Below, one piece after another: positions 60,963-64,000 of a stretch of 64,000 nucleotides of DNA (the first letter of the stretch is position 1; every line of letters begins with the position of its first letter). The stretch covers positions 21,401 through 85,400 of the forward strand of contig BOKV01000012.1 in the NCBI GenBank assembly GCA_016861165.1. The letters are read 5' to 3'. The notes under the pieces were generated by a model that saw only the letters and a program-made list of their open reading frames with translations, was not told where the DNA came from and did not search any database. Made by a program: the position numbers and the translations under genes. Source of the DNA: Alphaproteobacteria bacterium. Its GTDB lineage: Bacteria > Pseudomonadota > Alphaproteobacteria > Rhizobiales > Rhizobiaceae.

Positions 60963-61805
60963 GTGAAGAAGGCAGCCTGGAACATGGTCATCGCGGCGCT
61001 GGTGCTGGCGCCGGTCGCGGGGCCGGCGCGCGGCGCCGACCTCGACGCCGAAATCCTGCAGCAGGCCGGGATCACCCCGGTCGAATATGGCAGCGGCTGG
61101 TATCTGCGCGGCGACATCGGCTGGAACCATGCCGTCGACGGCAACCTGACCTTCTATTCGGACGCCCGCTACGACTACGACAACCAGAAATTCGGTGAGG
61201 GCGTCTCCTACAGCCTCGGCGTCGGCCACATCTTCAACGACTGGTTCCGCGCCGACGTGACGCTCGACTACAGCGGCAACAATGAGTGGTCGGGTTCGAC
61301 CACCGGCACGGGGTGCGGCGTCGGCTTCGACGCCGACTGCTACTCGGTCGACAGCGCCACCTACGACCGCTACTCGCTGCACGCCAATGCCTATCTCAAC
61401 CTCGCCAACTGGTACGGCATCTCGCCTTATGTCGGCGCCGGCGTCGGGCTCAGCCACGTCACCTGGAACGACTACGCCTCGGTCGCCACCTGCGCGGTCG
61501 ACCCGACCGAGACGTGCCCCTATGGCGTTCATTCGGGCAGCTCGGCCACGGAATATTTCTCAGGGCCGACCACCAGCTATCCCTCGGCCGACTCCACCGT
61601 GCTGTCCTATTCGCTGATGGCCGGCGTCGACTACCGCATCGACGAGCGCTGGAAGCTCGACTTCGGCTACAAATGGACGCACCTGCACGGCGGCAAGGTG
61701 GTCGCCGCCAACGTCAACGGGCCGGGCGCGCCGCAGGGCGATTCGCTGGTCGACCGGCTGGCCATCCACGAGTTCCGCGTCGGCCTGCGCTACGAGATCT
61801 GGTAG
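60963..61805 (+). CDS. Outer-membrane beta-barrel protein, Omp25/Omp31 family paralogue with four cysteines in predicted loops
   Basis: GWYLRGDIGWN, DWFRADVTLDYSG, C-terminal FRVGLRYEIW. Two Cys pairs: GCGVGFDADC and TCAVDPTETC. GTG start. Confidence 0.85.
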   Translation: MKKAAWNMVIAALVLAPVAGPARGADLDAEILQQAGITPVEYGSGWYLRGDIGWNHAVDGNLTFYSDARYDYDNQKFGEGVSYSLGVGHIFNDWFRADVTLDYSGNNEWSGSTTGTGCGVGFDADCYSVDSATYDRYSLHANAYLNLANWYGISPYVGAGVGLSHVTWNDYASVATCAVDPTETCPYGVHSGSSATEYFSGPTTSYPSADSTVLSYSLMAGVDYRIDERWKLDFGYKWTHLHGGKVVAANVNGPGAPQGDSLVDRLAIHEFRVGLRYEIW

Positions 61806-61993
61806 CGTCCCGTTCCTTCCTTCCAGCAGCAACCGGCGAGAGGCCGCGGCCCGCCCGCCGGCGGCGCGTCGTCGGCGGGACAGTTTCCGTCGCTGCGGCG
61901 CAACATCGCGCTTGACTGGGGCCGCGGCCGGGCGTAAGGCCGCCGGCGGGACACCCCTCCCCAACGAGGGGCAACTATCTGGAAGGGTAGACG

Positions 61994-63169
61994 ATGACAG
62001 ACGCCCCGCGGCCGGCCGTGCGCCCGGCCAATCCCCGCTTTTCCTCCGGCCCCTGCGCGAAACGACCCGGTTGGTCGCCGCAAGCGCTCGAACTCGCCAT
62101 GCTCGGCCGTTCGCATCGGGCCAAGCCCGCCAAGGAACGCCTGGTCCGCGCCATTGAATTGACGCGCGAGGTGCTGCAGGTGCCGGCCGACTACCGCATC
62201 GCCATCGTGCCGGCCTCCGACACCGGCGCCGTCGAGATGGCGCTGTGGTCGCTGCTCGGGGCGCGCGGCGTCGACGTCGTCGCCTGGGAGAGCTTCGGCG
62301 CCGGCTGGGTGACCGATGTGGTCAAGCAGCTGAAACTGAAGGACGTTCGCCAGTTCACGGCCGACTATGGCGACCTGCCCGACCTCGGTCAGCTCGATTT
62401 CGCCCGCGACGTGGTCTTCACCTGGAACGGCACCACTTCGGGAGTGCGCGTGCCCGATGGCGATTTCATCGCCGCCGACCGGCGGGGACTGACGATCTGC
62501 GACGCCACCTCGGCCGCCTTTGCCCAGCCGCTCGCTTTTGACAAGCTCGATGTCACCACCTTCTCATGGCAGAAGGTGCTGGGCGGCGAGGCCGCGCACG
62601 GCATGCTGATCCTGTCACCCAGGGCGGTCGAGCGGCTCGAAAGCCATGCGCCGGCCTGGCCGCTGCCCAAGATCTTCCGCCTGACCAAGGGCGGCAAGCT
62701 GATCGAAGGCATCTTCAAGGGCGAGACCATCAACACGCCGTCGATGCTGTGCGTCGAGGATTATGTCGACGCGCTGGAATGGGCCCACTCGATCGGCGGC
62801 CTCGACGCGCTGATCGGCCGGGCCGACGCCAATTTCGCCGTCATCGACGCCTTCGTGCGCCAAACGCTGTGGATCGACTTCCTGGCGCGCGAGCCGCGGA
62901 CGCGGTCCAACACCTCGGTCTGCCTGACCATCAGCGACCCCGACATCGCCGGCCTGCCGGCCGACGGACAGGCCGGCTTCGCCAAGGGCATGGTCGCCGC
63001 GCTCGAGCGCGAGGGCGTCGCCTTCGACATCGGCCACTACCGCGACGCGCCGCCCGGCCTCAGGATCTGGACCGGCGCCACGGTCCAGAAGTCCGACCTG
63101 GAGGCGCTGATGCCCTGGCTCGACTGGGCCTGGCGCACGCAGAAGGCGGCGCTCAAGTCCGCCGCCTGA
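61994..63169 (+). CDS. serC: Phosphoserine aminotransferase (long alphaproteobacterial type)
   Basis: [38 protein letters not shown]. Confidence 0.9.
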   Translation: MTDAPRPAVRPANPRFSSGPCAKRPGWSPQALELAMLGRSHRAKPAKERLVRAIELTREVLQVPADYRIAIVPASDTGAVEMALWSLLGARGVDVVAWESFGAGWVTDVVKQLKLKDVRQFTADYGDLPDLGQLDFARDVVFTWNGTTSGVRVPDGDFIAADRRGLTICDATSAAFAQPLAFDKLDVTTFSWQKVLGGEAAHGMLILSPRAVERLESHAPAWPLPKIFRLTKGGKLIEGIFKGETINTPSMLCVEDYVDALEWAHSIGGLDALIGRADANFAVIDAFVRQTLWIDFLAREPRTRSNTSVCLTISDPDIAGLPADGQAGFAKGMVAALEREGVAFDIGHYRDAPPGLRIWTGATVQKSDLEALMPWLDWAWRTQKAALKSAA

Positions 63170-63220
63170 ACACTCCGCCCGAAATACCGCACCAGCAGAA
63201 CAGGTTCGAGGAGGCCAGTC

Positions 63221-64000
63221 ATGGCACCACGCGTACTCGTATCCGACGCGCTTTCGGAAACCGCCGTCGCCATCTTCAAGCGCAACGGCGTCGACGTCGA
63301 CTACCGGCCGGAGATCGGCAGGGACAAGGACAAGCTCCAGCAGATCATCGGCGATTATGACGGGCTCGCCATCCGCTCGGCGACGAAGGTCACCGACAAG
63401 CTGATCGGTGCCGCCCATCGGCTGAGGGTGATCGGCCGCGCCGGCATCGGCGTCGACAATGTCGATATCGCCGCCGCCTCGCGCAAGGGCATCATCGTGA
63501 TGAACACGCCGTTCGGCAATTCGATCACCACGGCCGAGCATGCCATCGCGCTCCTGTTGGCGGTCGCCCGCCAGATCCCGGCGGCGGATGCCTCGACCCA
63601 GGCCGGCAAATGGGAGAAATCGAAGTTCATGGGTGTTGAGGTCACCGGCAAGGTGCTCGGCGTCATCGGTTGCGGCAATATCGGCTCCAACGTCGCCACG
63701 CGCGGCCGCGGCCTGAGGATGAAGGTGATCTGCTATGACCCCTTCCTCGGCCAGGAGCGGGCCGATGAGCTGGGCGTCGAGAAGGTCGAACTCGACGCGC
63801 TGCTGGCGCGCTCGGACTTCATCACGCTGCACGTGCCACTGACCGACAAGACGCGCAACATCATCGACGCGAAGGCCATCGCCAGGATGAAGGACGGCGT
63901 GCGCATCATCAACTGCGCCCGCGGCGGGCTGGTTGTCGAAGACGACCTCGCCGAAGCGATCCGGGCCGGCAAGGTCGCCGGCGCCGGCTTCGACGTGTTC
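63221..64000 (+). CDS. serA: D-3-phosphoglycerate dehydrogenase, 3' end outside the window
   Basis: MAPRVLVSDALSE..., GRAGIGVDNVD, GVIGCGNIGS, FITLHVPLT. It is absent from the ORF track because it runs off the window with no stop. Confidence 0.9.
   Translation, partial: MAPRVLVSDALSETAVAIFKRNGVDVDYRPEIGRDKDKLQQIIGDYDGLAIRSATKVTDKLIGAAHRLRVIGRAGIGVDNVDIAAASRKGIIVMNTPFGNSITTAEHAIALLLAVARQIPAADASTQAGKWEKSKFMGVEVTGKVLGVIGCGNIGSNVATRGRGLRMKVICYDPFLGQERADELGVEKVELDALLARSDFITLHVPLTDKTRNIIDAKAIARMKDGVRIINCARGGLVVEDDLAEAIRAGKVAGAGFDVF

Overview
High-GC (about 68%) alphaproteobacterial core chromosome with Hyphomicrobiales/Rhizobiales-type synteny. All calls rest on motif recognition in the supplied translations and on reading the DNA by eye; no BLAST, HMM or Rfam search was run. 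About 70 coding genes can be supported. The main blocks are purEK, tkt-gap-pgk-fba glycolytic genes, zauP-zapA-6S RNA-ygfA, ruvCAB-ybgC-tolQRAB-pal-cpoB-tilS-ftsH-glmM, and serC-serA. Many small regulators (MarR, TetR, LacI) and GNAT acetyltransferases are interspersed. I saw no rRNA, tRNA, CRISPR, transposase or integrase. The long ORFs antisense to real genes are GC-driven artefacts. The most unusual locus is the ruvC-ruvA-ruvB-ybgC block. Every gene junction there holds a PIN-domain element: two complete AbrB/PIN vapBC modules and one orphan degenerate PIN. It also holds a clearly foreign low-GC gene of 206 aa and unknown function that is translationally coupled to ruvB. Short direct repeats flank the cassettes, and removing one copy plus the cassette restores compact ruv junctions. 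Other points worth a second look: (1) a structured, terminator-ended candidate sRNA behind a perfect CtrA box upstream of rcdA; (2) a +1 frame break in tolB; (3) a cation/proton antiporter ORF with no stop codon that runs in frame into pgk; (4) an orphan MotA/MotB-like stator pair with a long coiled coil; (5) a TetR-controlled beta-helix plus diheme cytochrome c pair of unknown function; (6) several unlisted small ORFs and operator palindromes.
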